Shown here piece by piece: positions 12,095 to 22,771 of a DNA stretch of 64,000 nucleotides. The translations under genes were made by a program, and so were the position numbers. The stretch is from Diplonema japonicum (Eukaryota; Protista; Euglenozoa: Diplonemea): contig OZ025652.1 of the NCBI GenBank assembly GCA_964019335.1, positions 806,001 through 870,000 on the forward strand. The letters run 5' to 3'. The notes below the pieces were generated by a model, which was given only the letters and a program-made list of their open reading frames with translations, ran no database searches and was not told where the DNA came from. Numbering within the stretch: position 1 is the stretch's first letter; the number at the start of each line of letters is the position of its first letter.

Positions 12095-13028
12095 ATGGCC
12101 CGTGGTCCCAAGAAGCACATGAAGAGGCTTGCCGCCCCCAAGCACTGGATGGTTGACAAGCTGCTCGGTGTGTTCGCCCCCAAGGCCAGGCCCGGTGCGC
12201 ACAAGGGCAGGGAGTCGATCCCTCTTATCCTCGTCCTGAGGAACCGTTTGAGGGTATGTTTAATATCACACATTGCTTACACACATTCGCACAGTACGCC
12301 CTCACCAGGGGTGAGTCTATGATGATCACGAAGCAGAGGCTCATCGAGGTCGACGGGAGGGTGAAGACCGACCCCAAGTACCCCGTTGGTTTCATGGACG
12401 CCATCAACATCCCCAAGACCAAGGAGTGCTTCAGGGTGCTGTACGACGTTAAGGGCCGTTTCGTGCTCCAGCCCGAGGAGGATGGCTCCAGCAAGATCTG
12501 CAAGGTCATGAAGGCCTACACCGCCCCCAACGGTGTCCCCGTGTTGTCGACCCACGACGGCAGGACCCTCAGGTACCCGGACCCCCTTATCAAGTCTGGT
12601 GACTCCGTCGTGATCGACCTTGAGACCTCCAAGATCACTGACTTCGTGAAGTTCAAGGCTGGCACTTGGTGCATGGTGACTGGTATGTTTACAATCCAAA
12701 TTACACCACCCAACAGGCGGAGCCAACACTGGCCGTGTGGGTGAGGTCGTCGACGTTGAGCGTCACCCTGGTTCCTTCGACATTGTCCACGTTAAGGACA
12801 GCAACGGCAACACCTTCGCCACCCGTATTGCTAACATCTTCGTGATCGGCAGGAGGGAGAGCGACCTCCTCGTCAAGCTGCCCAAGTCCAAGGGTGTCCG
12901 TGTGCCCCTCGTCCAGGGTATGTACCAAAAGAAAAAGTGGTGAGGGAATCAAAACCATTCACACAGACCGTGAGACCAAGATCACCAGCTACGCCAAGTC
13001 CAAGCAGGGCGGTAAGCGCAAGCACTGA
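12095..13028 (+). CDS. RPS4: 40S ribosomal protein S4 (eS4)
   Basis: N-terminus [18 protein letters not shown]. Introns 12254-12294, 12683-12716 and 12918-12966 restore a continuous eS4 ending in TGA at 13026-13028. Confidence 0.97.
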
Positions 13029-13167
13029 GTGCATTCGCCACTTTAAAGACCAACAACTGCCCCCGACCATATCAGTAAGAACAGAAAAGAGTCCCAACCC
13101 ATCCGTACTTTTTTTTCATATTCTCCTTCCCAAAAGAAATGCAAATCACAACCTCTTGACAGACACA

Positions 13168-14142
13168 ATGAAATCTTTCATCCTAACGCTGCTGTTGGTC
13201 TGCCATGTGGGCAGCACGTTTGGTAGGAAGCCGCATGTGAAGTTCACTCCGCTGACTCCGAAGAAGGCGATACCTAGGGATCTTGAGAACGAGGCGATCA
13301 GCGAGGAGGAAAGCAAGCATTGGCTGGGTACGCTGCATCACAAGGAGCACGATATGGGGGTCACAATGCATTTGCAATGCGATGGATGCTGGGAGCTTAT
13401 AAACAGGCTGAAACAGCAGTTAGAGGCTGTGGGCAGCAGTGACCTGAAGGCAAACACGCGTGTGGTGTACGATACCTTCTGCACGAAGCAGACGGCAGTG
13501 TTGCGGCTGGTGCTTGACGACGACAATGTGGCAATGCCGAAGTACGGTGTTGGGAAGAAAACCGCCGTGTTTGGCGGATGGCCGCACAAGTACCTCACGA
13601 AGCTGTGCACAGCGATCTTCAAGCAGCACCCCATCGAGGACATCATCTACGCGGCACAGGTCACCAAGAAGATCCCTGTCCCGTACTCTGAGGTGAACGC
13701 ATTGGACATCTGTGCGCAGAAGTACAGATGCCCAAGGTATTCATACGAACGTCGGCTGAACATCTCTCAAATGATGAAGACCACGAACTACACGATCCAT
13801 GGTTCGTCAGCCACAGACTACCACCTGCGCAACATGCCTGATGAGGAACCACCCAAGATGCAGTCCGAAGTCATGAACTCACTGAGAACTAGGTACGAAG
13901 GCATCAAGAAAAACCCTTCCGACCAAGAAGTGCTGCAGTTCCACAGGGAGGTGGAAGAGGAGGAGCGCAAGAAGACAGAGCTAGAGAAACAGTCCAAAGC
14001 GGCTTCTAAGCGTGTCGATCGCGAGCGTGCAATGCACGAAAGACTCCAAAGGAGGAAGAAGGCAGCCGAAGACAAGTTGCACAAAAAAGAAAGCGATGAG
14101 CCACCTCTTATAACCCTCAAGCAAGACCAGGAACAGCAGTAA
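13168..14142 (+). CDS. Secretory-pathway protein with saposin-B/Canopy-like Cys pattern and charged coiled-coil tail
   Basis: Signal peptide MKSFILTLLLVCHVGSTFG, followed by CDGC...C...C...IC....C spacing. Confidence 0.65.
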   Translation: MKSFILTLLLVCHVGSTFGRKPHVKFTPLTPKKAIPRDLENEAISEEESKHWLGTLHHKEHDMGVTMHLQCDGCWELINRLKQQLEAVGSSDLKANTRVVYDTFCTKQTAVLRLVLDDDNVAMPKYGVGKKTAVFGGWPHKYLTKLCTAIFKQHPIEDIIYAAQVTKKIPVPYSEVNALDICAQKYRCPRYSYERRLNISQMMKTTNYTIHGSSATDYHLRNMPDEEPPKMQSEVMNSLRTRYEGIKKNPSDQEVLQFHREVEEEERKKTELEKQSKAASKRVDRERAMHERLQRRKKAAEDKLHKKESDEPPLITLKQDQEQQ

Positions 14143-14596
14143 GCAGTCTTCAGTTACACAGTTGTCGATATCTTCAAACTTCGTAGAAAGAAGGGGAATA
14201 CGGGAACACGCATACTTGACGCGAAGGAGAAGTTTCGTTTTTCTATTGACTCAGAATCCAAGAATTGTGCAGGTTATACCAGAAGGTGTCGGCTGCCTTC
14301 GACGAACCTCTGAATCGATACGTTCATTGAACACCTTATCCCTGGAGCCTGTTGATGTTGTATTAAAAATTCTGAGTCCATTTCTTTCTTCTCTTTTTGG
14401 TAGCGTGTCAGACGGGTCGTGAGACGCGTTTCATGTCATTTTTTTTTCTTAACTCCCTCTTCTTTTTATTTCCCTTAGTTACACAGCCCTTTTCCTTGCC
14501 TTCTAATTTAAAGTTCATTGTCTGACACGCTTCGTTGTTTCTCTTCAAGGCACACAGGGAAGGAGGGTGGGGAGCGCCCAAAAAAGCGGGCGTAGC

Positions 14597-15988
14597 ATGC
14601 TGCTCCCGAAGGCGATATATTTTGTGAACACATGTGCGGCAGTTCCCTGGGGGAGGTTTAAGGTTGTGTACTTCAGCACCTTGGGGATGACAGGAGCACA
14701 GGTGGGGGCGGTGAGGAGTGCTACCCACGTTGCGAAGCTGGTAGCGTGGCCGCTGTGGGGTCTGATCAGCGATATCACGGGTAGCATCAAGTTAACACTG
14801 ATAGCATCGCTGATATTAGCCACATTGGCACTAGAGATGCTGCGAAGGGTAGGAAGTGCACCAGAGCTCTCGTTTGGTCTGATGTTGTGTTGTGCTGTTT
14901 GTAGATCGGCGATGAACGCCGAATGGCCACTGGTCGACGCAGCGACACTTGCAATGGTGCAAAAGCATCAACTCTCTTCCCCAACCGCGCAGCCCGAGTC
15001 CTACGGTAAACAGCGTCTCTGGGCAGCCATTGCCTGGGGCCTCTCCTCTCTCCTAGTCGGCCTCAGTATCGATAGCAACGGTCTGCAGATTGTCTTCCTC
15101 TTAACATATATAGCTGTGGCTGCAGAGCTCATGCTCGTAATGGCATGGTTACCCAACGATCTTCGCCACACGAAGCAAGACGACCCTGCCCCGCAATCAA
15201 AGGCACCATGGCTCTCTATGAAGATGGGGCTCTTCTTCTGCAACCTTCTCATGATCTCAGTTGTGCACGCCATACCTGAGCAGGTCATCTTCCTCCATTT
15301 GGAAAAGATTGGTGCTAGCCGCACACTGCAGGGTGCTGCCACGGCTGCCACTGTTATCTTCGAGATCCCTGTTTTCTATCATTCTGATGCGCTGATCAAG
15401 AAGTGGGGTACTCAAGGCATGATCGCACGCGCGCAAGTCGCACTTGCCATAAGGATGTTCCTCTACTACATAGTGCCTTTTGACCAACCGTGGCTGGTGG
15501 TTGCTGCGCAAAGTCTACACGGGTTTTCTTTTGGGATGATGTGGTCTGCTGCTGTTCCTTATGCACAGTCCTTGGCACCTGCGGGACGTGAAGTCTTCAT
15601 CCAGTCACTGCTATGCACCATATGGGGCACAGTGGGCCAGGCTATAGGCTCTATCTCGTGGGGTGTTGTTTGCGACATGTACGGCCCGCAGGTCACATAC
15701 CTGTGGGGTGGTGTGGTCACACTGACGCTGCTCTTCGTCCTCACACTACCGCCATGGAGCTGGGAAACTCCAATCCTCGCCTCCTCTTCTACTACTTCGG
15801 CACTTGCCACCCCCCTGTGCTTGCCACTAGATCAAGAACTCGCCAGCAGCTGGAAGCTGTCCCCGCGATTGAGTCTTTTGTATGTTATCTACATGGGAGG
15901 GCATGCGAGGAAACAATAACACAGAGAGCTGATGGATGAGACACCTGTGTCGCCTAAAGGGCACTCGAGAACAAAATATCCCCAGTGA
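14597..15988 (+). CDS. Major facilitator superfamily transporter (MFSD6/MFS_1_like)
   Basis: About 12 hydrophobic helices with PLWGLISD, YGKQRLW, FEIP and QSLHG motifs. A likely terminal intron at 15880-15924 gives the C-terminus LELMDETPVSPKGHSRTKYPQ. Confidence 0.85.
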
Positions 15989-16237
15989 GGTTCCGGTTAT
16001 GTTTAGTTTACTTGGAGTCAGATTGCTGGCATCTGCCCTTCGTGTTTCTTACATGTACACCCAATCCGCCGAGCTAGGCTTACATGCGTGCGATGCTGTT
16101 CTTGCATTGTTGAAGGATCTTTCGCTTGTAATGCATCTTGCGTGCTGAATAACAGACACATTGGGCTTTCCAATCACTTTTCCGGACTTGTGTAACTTTT
16201 GTTACATCGTACCATGACATACACCACCGCAGGACAC

Positions 16238-17484
16238 ATGAAAACAATGGGCGCTAACGACACGTATCAAAAGGTTGCGTTTAAGGTCCCTCTGCTGCAT
16301 AGAGAAAAGGAGTTACGGTTCATGGTGGGTAGAACATTGGAAGAAGAGGAAGGATGTATTAAAGTAAAAGAGGCTCACGACGAGGCAGGAAACAGATACC
16401 TGCTGAAACTAGTTTTGAGAGGAACCATGGAGGGCCTCAAACATAGCGCGGCGGTGATGCGCAGACTGAACACAGACATGGGCATCATGAAGTTATTGGA
16501 CTCCAGGTACATCACGAAGCTGTACCAGGTGTTCATCAGCGATGATGTGGTTTACATTCTGCTGGAGTACACACCCACTAGCCTCAAAGACTTCATCGCG
16601 GAGTACCCCAACGGCCTTCCCGTCGAGATGGCCAAGGATTACTTCCAGCAGCTGTGCAAGTCTGTCGAGTTCCTCCACGACCGCGCCCTTGCCCACAGGA
16701 ATATCACGTCAAGCGCAGTCAAGCTGGATGAAACAAAGGAAATGCTGAAACTTGGTGGCTTCGGTTGTGCGTGCTTACAGAACAGCAAGGAACACCTTTA
16801 CGATCACCCTGTGGTATGGTTGTGGCAAAGAGTTACACACGACAGGTGGACGATACCTACGCCTCACCAGAGATGAGGGGTGACAACAGCTACAATGGGA
16901 AACAAACTGACATATGGTCTTTGGGGTGCGTACTGTACGAGATGCTTACAGGGGAGCCCTACACAAAGGGCTGCGATCTAGAGGCTGGTTTAGTTGGGGG
17001 TGCTAGTGAAGTGCTACACATGATGCTTGAGACAGATCCCTCGGCAAGAGGCACGCTGCAGGAAGTGATGGGGAACGAGTGGGTGCACATTAGGGACATT
17101 GGAGTTGTTGGAAAGGAGCTGCTGGCAAGACATGGTAGCATTGAGGATTTGGAAGCGTACACCGACTCAGAGCTGAAAGCAAACTTCAAGCGCATTGGGA
17201 CGGGCTTGGGGTTGGATATGATGTGCCAGTCGCCTGACCTGATGGACTCGTCCTTTTCACCCCTCATGCACAGGTCGGGGTTCACGCTTCTTGAGACCCC
17301 AGCAGACCCAGACCTGGCACCCACGTGGTCCGAGCAGCACAAGCCGCCTTCCTTTGAGCTTTCCCCGCACTCCTCGTCTCCGGCATCGAAGCTGAAGAGC
17401 CGGCTCACAGTCGACATTCTCGCCAACGCTACCCAGACGGACACGAAGGTGGACTTCTCCCCCATGCACCGCACGAGAGACTAG
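16238..17484 (+). CDS. CAMK-like pseudokinase
   Basis: ORFs 16199..16876 and 16765..17484 join by intron 16814-16845. HRD is replaced by HRN and DFG by GFG; YASPE and DIWSLG are retained. Confidence 0.8.
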
Positions 17485-19182
17485 GCACTCCGACGCCTGA
17501 GAACCTGTTCCATATACATCACGCTTCTTTGTTCTTTCCTCCCACAGTCCACGGTGCTGTAGCCTGGTATTCTATTCCCAATTTTCTGTGACTCGGAGGT
17601 GAGGAACCCCGTCCCAGCCATCCTGACTGGACGTGAGCCGGTGCTGATTACCTCGTGCCATTGGTCCCTCGTCACACCTATATATCCACTACACCTTTCT
17701 AGTCCCTGCGTGCCTTGTGATCTGCCCTTCTGCTCTGACGTACATTAAGCGAAGAAGGCAGACGAACCGAACCGTCTTCCCCTCCCCGTCCTTTTCTTTT
17801 TGCATGCTACGCTTTCTTGCAGTAGCTTTGTTTTATAATTTTAGTTAGCAACGTTTGACAAGAGTTCACGATTCTGGAGCAGGCGGTTGTTTAAGACATG
17901 CAAAGGAGAAAGAAAAAAAAATGAAAAAGAACCATTATCCCACAGATCCCCAAACACAATACCAGCCAACTGCCTGTATGCAGTACGGCCCTGAGGCTGG
18001 TAGTTGAGGTAAAACTGATCGCACCTCCTTCCCCCTTCTTTTTTCTTCTTCTCTTTCTCAGATCGATCGGAGGTCTTGTTACAATGGCCTTTCGACAGAT
18101 GGCATGTTGGTGAGGGAGTTATGTCCCCTCCCCTTGTCCATGCTGAATGTTCTTTCGCTTGCTTGGGAGCGTTCTTTAGTTGCATGCCGAGCTTAAATTA
18201 TTCTGTGTTTTTTTTCTTCTTTTTTTTTTTTTTTCCTTGTTGTGCTATTCTCCCCACTTCCGCTTTTTTTTTTTCTCCTCCTCTCTCTCTCTCTCTCCCT
18301 CTTTGGCGTTGGTTTGAAGGTTTGAAAAGAGAAAAAAAAAGCCGACGAGTTTAAAAAAAAAAGGATATGACTCCACATAAAAAGATAAAAAGAAATTGCA
18401 AAAAAAAAAAAAAAAAAAAAAAATGAACTCGGGTCGATCCAGGCCTAGGAGTGATTTTATGTTGGAACGACTGCAGGGGGGGGAATCCCGAAAAGTTTCG
18501 TCATAGTCGTTTAAACAGGCGGGGGGGTGTTTCGATCCCTGATGTGGGCACAGCCTTTTATTATTATTATTATTATTATTAAACAGGGCGTTGCTATCTT
18601 GAAGAAGAAGAAAAATGACTCGAATATTTGTTTGGAGAGGGGGGTTCTTTTTTTTGTTTCTTCCTTCTTTTCCTTCTTCAGTTCAATGACACAACGCGCC
18701 ATCTCAAAAGAATCCGTTTTTTTTTGTTTTGTTTTTGTTTCCCCCCTAATAATCTCTACGTTTTTTTTAAGGAGAAAAGAAAGGGGGGGGGGGGGGGGGG
18801 GGGGGCAGTGTCTACTTTCTCATGCTGAAAAGAATACCTAATCATACATAATTAAAAGCTGCTCAGCCACCCACTTCACAAAAAAAAGGGGAAAAAAAAA
18901 AGAGAAAAAAAAACTGTGGCAACCTTACTGTAAAAATTGGAGTACTGGGTTAGATCTAGGCTGAGAGAGGTGCATTTTCCACAAGTTTGAGCATTTTATG
19001 AAAATATATGGGTATTCATTGACCTCCCCCTCTTTCTTTCTCTCTTATTCGTCTCTCTTCGAGCACCTGCTGCAGCCACCTGCAGCGAGGGGTGCGTACC
19101 TCATCGTATATTTCTCTTATTTTTAGGGGAACAAAAAAAAATATTTATACAAAATACTTTAAGGGCTTCATTTTCTTTTTTT

Positions 19183-19270
19183 TAGGCCGAAGCGCGCCCC
19201 CTGTACTCAAGTAGACGATACTTGTGCAGGGCGCCCTGCCACATACTGCAGGCACCCTTAAATAGTCTCT
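19183..19270 (-). repeat. Terminal fragment of dispersed repeat family A
   Basis: caagtagacgat...ccctgccacatactgcaggcacccttaaat is nearly identical to 41015-41068. Confidence 0.8.
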
Positions 19271-19856
19271 TTTTTTTTCTTTTTTTTTCCCCCTTCCCCG
19301 CTACCTTTAGGGAGTCATGTTACTCCTGCCGTCACCTCCCCTTGGTCGTTGTCATTCCTTCGATTTTTTAATACCAAAATGTAAAGAGAGAAAAAAAAAG
19401 AGGGGGGGTATACGGGAGAGCCCCTTTTCTACAGGCTAGTCTGTTCCTCTTTTTTTTGGGGTAGAGAAGAAGAAAAAAAGAGAGATTTGCAGTACTGTGG
19501 AGCCACAAGGATTTCGGAAACGGTTTCTGTTAAGGAGGGCCTTTTTTTTCTTCTTTTTTTTCCCTTGTTCTTTTCTTTTTCTCCCCTGCTCCCCCCTCCA
19601 CACCACCATTGCCCCTTCGCAACAACAACGAATGCTTAATCACGTCGTTTTCCTTTGCATGTCTATGTCGTGGTTCTTCTTCTTCTTTTTTTTTTTTTTC
19701 TCCACAAAACTTGTTGTCGCAGTAACATTTTATTTTTCTTTTGACAACACATTATTTTGAAAAAACCGTGTTCTATTTAAATTTATTTTGTTGTTTTTTT
19801 TTTTTTTTTTATATCCCCCCTCTTCCAATTTGAAAGTACTGCAGTGGGGTGTGGGA

Positions 19857-21842
19857 ATGTGTAGTAACAAAACACCTCCGGTCTTGCTGGTACTGCTGAT
19901 ATGGGGCATGGGCTCTGAGGGAAGTAATGAGTGTGTTGTTGGAGGCACCTGCGGCAAGCTTCAAACCTGCCACGACCCTGACGAAACGGTTGATGGTAAC
20001 TATGTGTGCTCCTGTGAGTCCAACCCAAGTAAAGCTATAACTGGCCGTCAGCTACCCCCCAACTTGTGTGAAATGTCTAGTTTCAACTATTCTGTAGGCA
20101 TTCCTGTGATCCTTGTGCTCTCACTCATAGCCCTCCTCACGATCTACGCTAGGTTCAAAGTGAGGTGGAAGTCTAGAGATATTTCTCTTTCAAAATATGG
20201 TATGACTTAAAATGCCATTCAGGAGGGAGGGGGGAGGGGGGATAAGGCCAAAAAAGTTCCAGGGACCGTCTATTTATGCCTCACTTGCTTTTTTCTTAAC
20301 AGATGTCGATCCGATGCAACATGGGGTCCCAGGGACGGTGGAACCTTTGAGGGGGGTTTTTTTTTTCCCAGCGTCCCCGGAATTGTCGGGATTTTATCAT
20401 GTCAGAGTAGTCATATTTTTATATGAAAAATCTCAAAGCACTCAGGGCAACATTGAACGTTTTGCAGGTGTAAAATTGTTTCTTAATTTTCAATCTTTCT
20501 TGAAGTTTGGCACAGCCCTGAGGTGGATTTCATACTACAGGCAAAGCCGAAAAGCTTCCGGCCGTGCCACAAGAGGAACTGGATGCTGTCCGAACTCTGT
20601 CGCATGACACTGTCATGACGTGAGATTTGTTTGCTGGCCTCCTTTCTCGGTTTCCTGCCCACTGTCGTCTTCCGGAGTTGAACCGTGCCCACGGGGATGT
20701 ATTTTCTGTTGCGCCGAACCTCCGATCGCATGCATCCCGTACTCAAAAGAGTGCAGCAGAGCTGGTAATTAGAATAAAAATTATCCATCGCAACCCAGTG
20801 ACCACGATGATCGAACTGCCAGCACCATGTCCTTCGGGTCCCCACCAGAGTAAATTCTAATGTAAGCGCGCACCCCGTGCATGAATGCGACGGTGTACAC
20901 CTTAAACCATAGCGCTTGCGTTTTGCTGGTTGAAAAGCGCGGTGCTTATGGTGGGAGAACTATATGGCGAGCGAATCAATGTTCAGCCCTCTACCGGGGT
21001 GGTACGCAGCTTTCCAGCGGGGCAATCCGGAATGCAGCATCTCCACTTTTGATAGTGTCCCGTTGCCCTGGGAGCCAAAGTGGACGCAACAAGATAGATA
21101 TGGAGAAGCGTGGCGCGGCCCATGACACGGCCTATGTAAGGCGTTGCATGATCTCCTCTCATGCATCCTCCTTTGTAGACCAGTAGTCCTTGGCTCCCGC
21201 CCTGCAGACTTCGTCCATCAAGGCGAGCAGAACCCAGACGGCGATCCAGGTGTTCAGTTGTACCACGTCTGCGTCGAATGTGGTGCCTTGGATGTGGCAT
21301 ACACCTCCCTGGTAATGGGCCTCAGCAAGCTGTTTGTGATAAACAAACTGAAAAGCTGTGGGTAATCCATGTCGCCGTTCGATGTTGCTGCACCCCTGTA
21401 CCCGTGCCATTTCTTGGCCGGTATACGGTTGATATTTGTCCCCAATGCACACCCTCATCTAAGGCGGCGCTGGAGTTGGAAGAAGCACTTGAAAACACTT
21501 TCAGAAGGTCCTGAGAAGCTGCTCTTAAATACTAAATACAAAAGTACATGGGGACGGGTTTTTTTGTTAGTTCTTCGCGCAAAAGGGTATTTCAGATAAA
21601 AAGAAATCGCGGGACAATGGGTCTTAATAAAGTCCAGAGGCTGTGGGACACAAAAAAAAGTGTCTCATAGAAAATATAAGTTTTCTTAAGGACACATATG
21701 TTCTCATGGTCCTGGTTTAATAAAAAAAGGAAAAAAAAAAAAAAAAAAAAAAAAAAAAGGTACGAACCCCTCGAAAGACATCCAGAGCCCTGAAGGTCCC
21801 TCCACCTCGCCGCCTCCCGAAGTTCCCGCAGTTTTCAGTTGA
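19857..21842 (+). CDS. Small single-pass membrane protein with an EGF-like Cys-rich ectodomain
   Basis: Hydrophobic N-terminus, NECVVGGTC...QTCHDPD...YVCSC, then a TM helix. The gtatga donor at 20200 and AG at 21758-21759 give the in-frame exon 2 GTNPSKDIQSPEGPSTSPPPEVPAVFS*. Confidence 0.65.
20480..21460 (-). mobile_element. Degenerate piggyBac transposase remnant within an intron
   Basis: Frameshifted motifs occur in canonical order on the minus strand: DYWST; YHPGRGLNID (cf. YTPG.HLTIDE); FQPAKRKRYGL(K) (cf. YIPNKPSKYGIK); GHWVAMDNFYS; VRRNRK. Confidence 0.85.
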
Positions 21843-22125
21843 GATTAGAACATAAAAGGATGTTTTTTAAAAGAGGGATTGCCCGCTGTCGCTTAGTTGG
21901 ATAGAAACCTGTCTCCCTTTTTGTAGGGCAGGCAAGTCAAAGACTCGTTCCTGCCATAAAAGAAAGAGGGAAGGTTTTTAAAAGAATGGAGAGTTTGTGT
22001 TTGTGACTAAACTATAAATACATGAAGAAGAGGGAACACACCTAGCATCCCCCTTGCCCCCCTCCCCGAAGACTTTTCGGTGTTTTCTGGTTCCACTGCC
22101 TGCCGCACAGCATAGTTAACAAGAG

Positions 22126-22716
22126 ATGGCTGTCACAGCGATTGAGTTCGCAGAGCACTGCAGGAGATACACAGCAGATCCCGTAAACAAGAGCAAAGGG
22201 TGGATCCTGATGGAATGGAAGGATGAGTACCAAGACCCCGGGAGGTGTTACGTGGGAATGGTGATCAAAGACGTGCGTGTGATAGGGATGGACGGTGTGA
22301 TGTGTGATGTGAGTGTGTGCTGGCACCAGGTGTATAGAGTGCCAGTGTTGTGCTTTGTGGCATACTATGAGGATGGTACTTTGGTCCCTTTCAGCAAGGT
22401 GGTCAATAAAATACGGATGCCCGACGGCGTCAGCAGCGAATCCCCCATTCTCGGGCAACAGCCCGAAGCAGTCATCTCGCAAGGCCCCCACCCCGTCACC
22501 GACACCTTTGTCCTCCATGTCCATCCATGTGAAACACAGTCCTCGCTGGAATGCATGGGCGTTGGTTCCTCCTCTCCCCACTACCTCATGAGTTTCCTCT
22601 CTATCGCAGGACCCATCCTCGGCCTCCCCATCGCACTCTGCCAACCAACGCCTGCTCCCGTACCTCAGACTCAGCCTGAGATCCCAGACACCGACTCTAT
22701 CCCAGTTATGGAGTAA
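22126..22716 (+). CDS. ATG10: Autophagy E2-like conjugating enzyme Atg10
   Basis: VYRVPVLCF motif and ISQGPHP...HVHPCET containing the catalytic Cys. Confidence 0.8.
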   Translation: MAVTAIEFAEHCRRYTADPVNKSKGWILMEWKDEYQDPGRCYVGMVIKDVRVIGMDGVMCDVSVCWHQVYRVPVLCFVAYYEDGTLVPFSKVVNKIRMPDGVSSESPILGQQPEAVISQGPHPVTDTFVLHVHPCETQSSLECMGVGSSSPHYLMSFLSIAGPILGLPIALCQPTPAPVPQTQPEIPDTDSIPVME

Positions 22717-22771
22717 ATATATTAATACACCTTTATTCCGAACTTCTCGCACACATCACTTTTAGGGAAAC

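Noticed and set aside
12937-13167. N-terminal extension of ORF 12937..14142
   Set aside because: It overlaps RPS4 intron 3 and the last RPS4 exon. The real start is most likely ATG 13168, which begins a signal peptide.
17841-19760. Phe/Lys/Gly/Pro-rich ORFs in homopolymer islands
   Set aside because: Products of poly-T/A/G/C runs with no coding signature.
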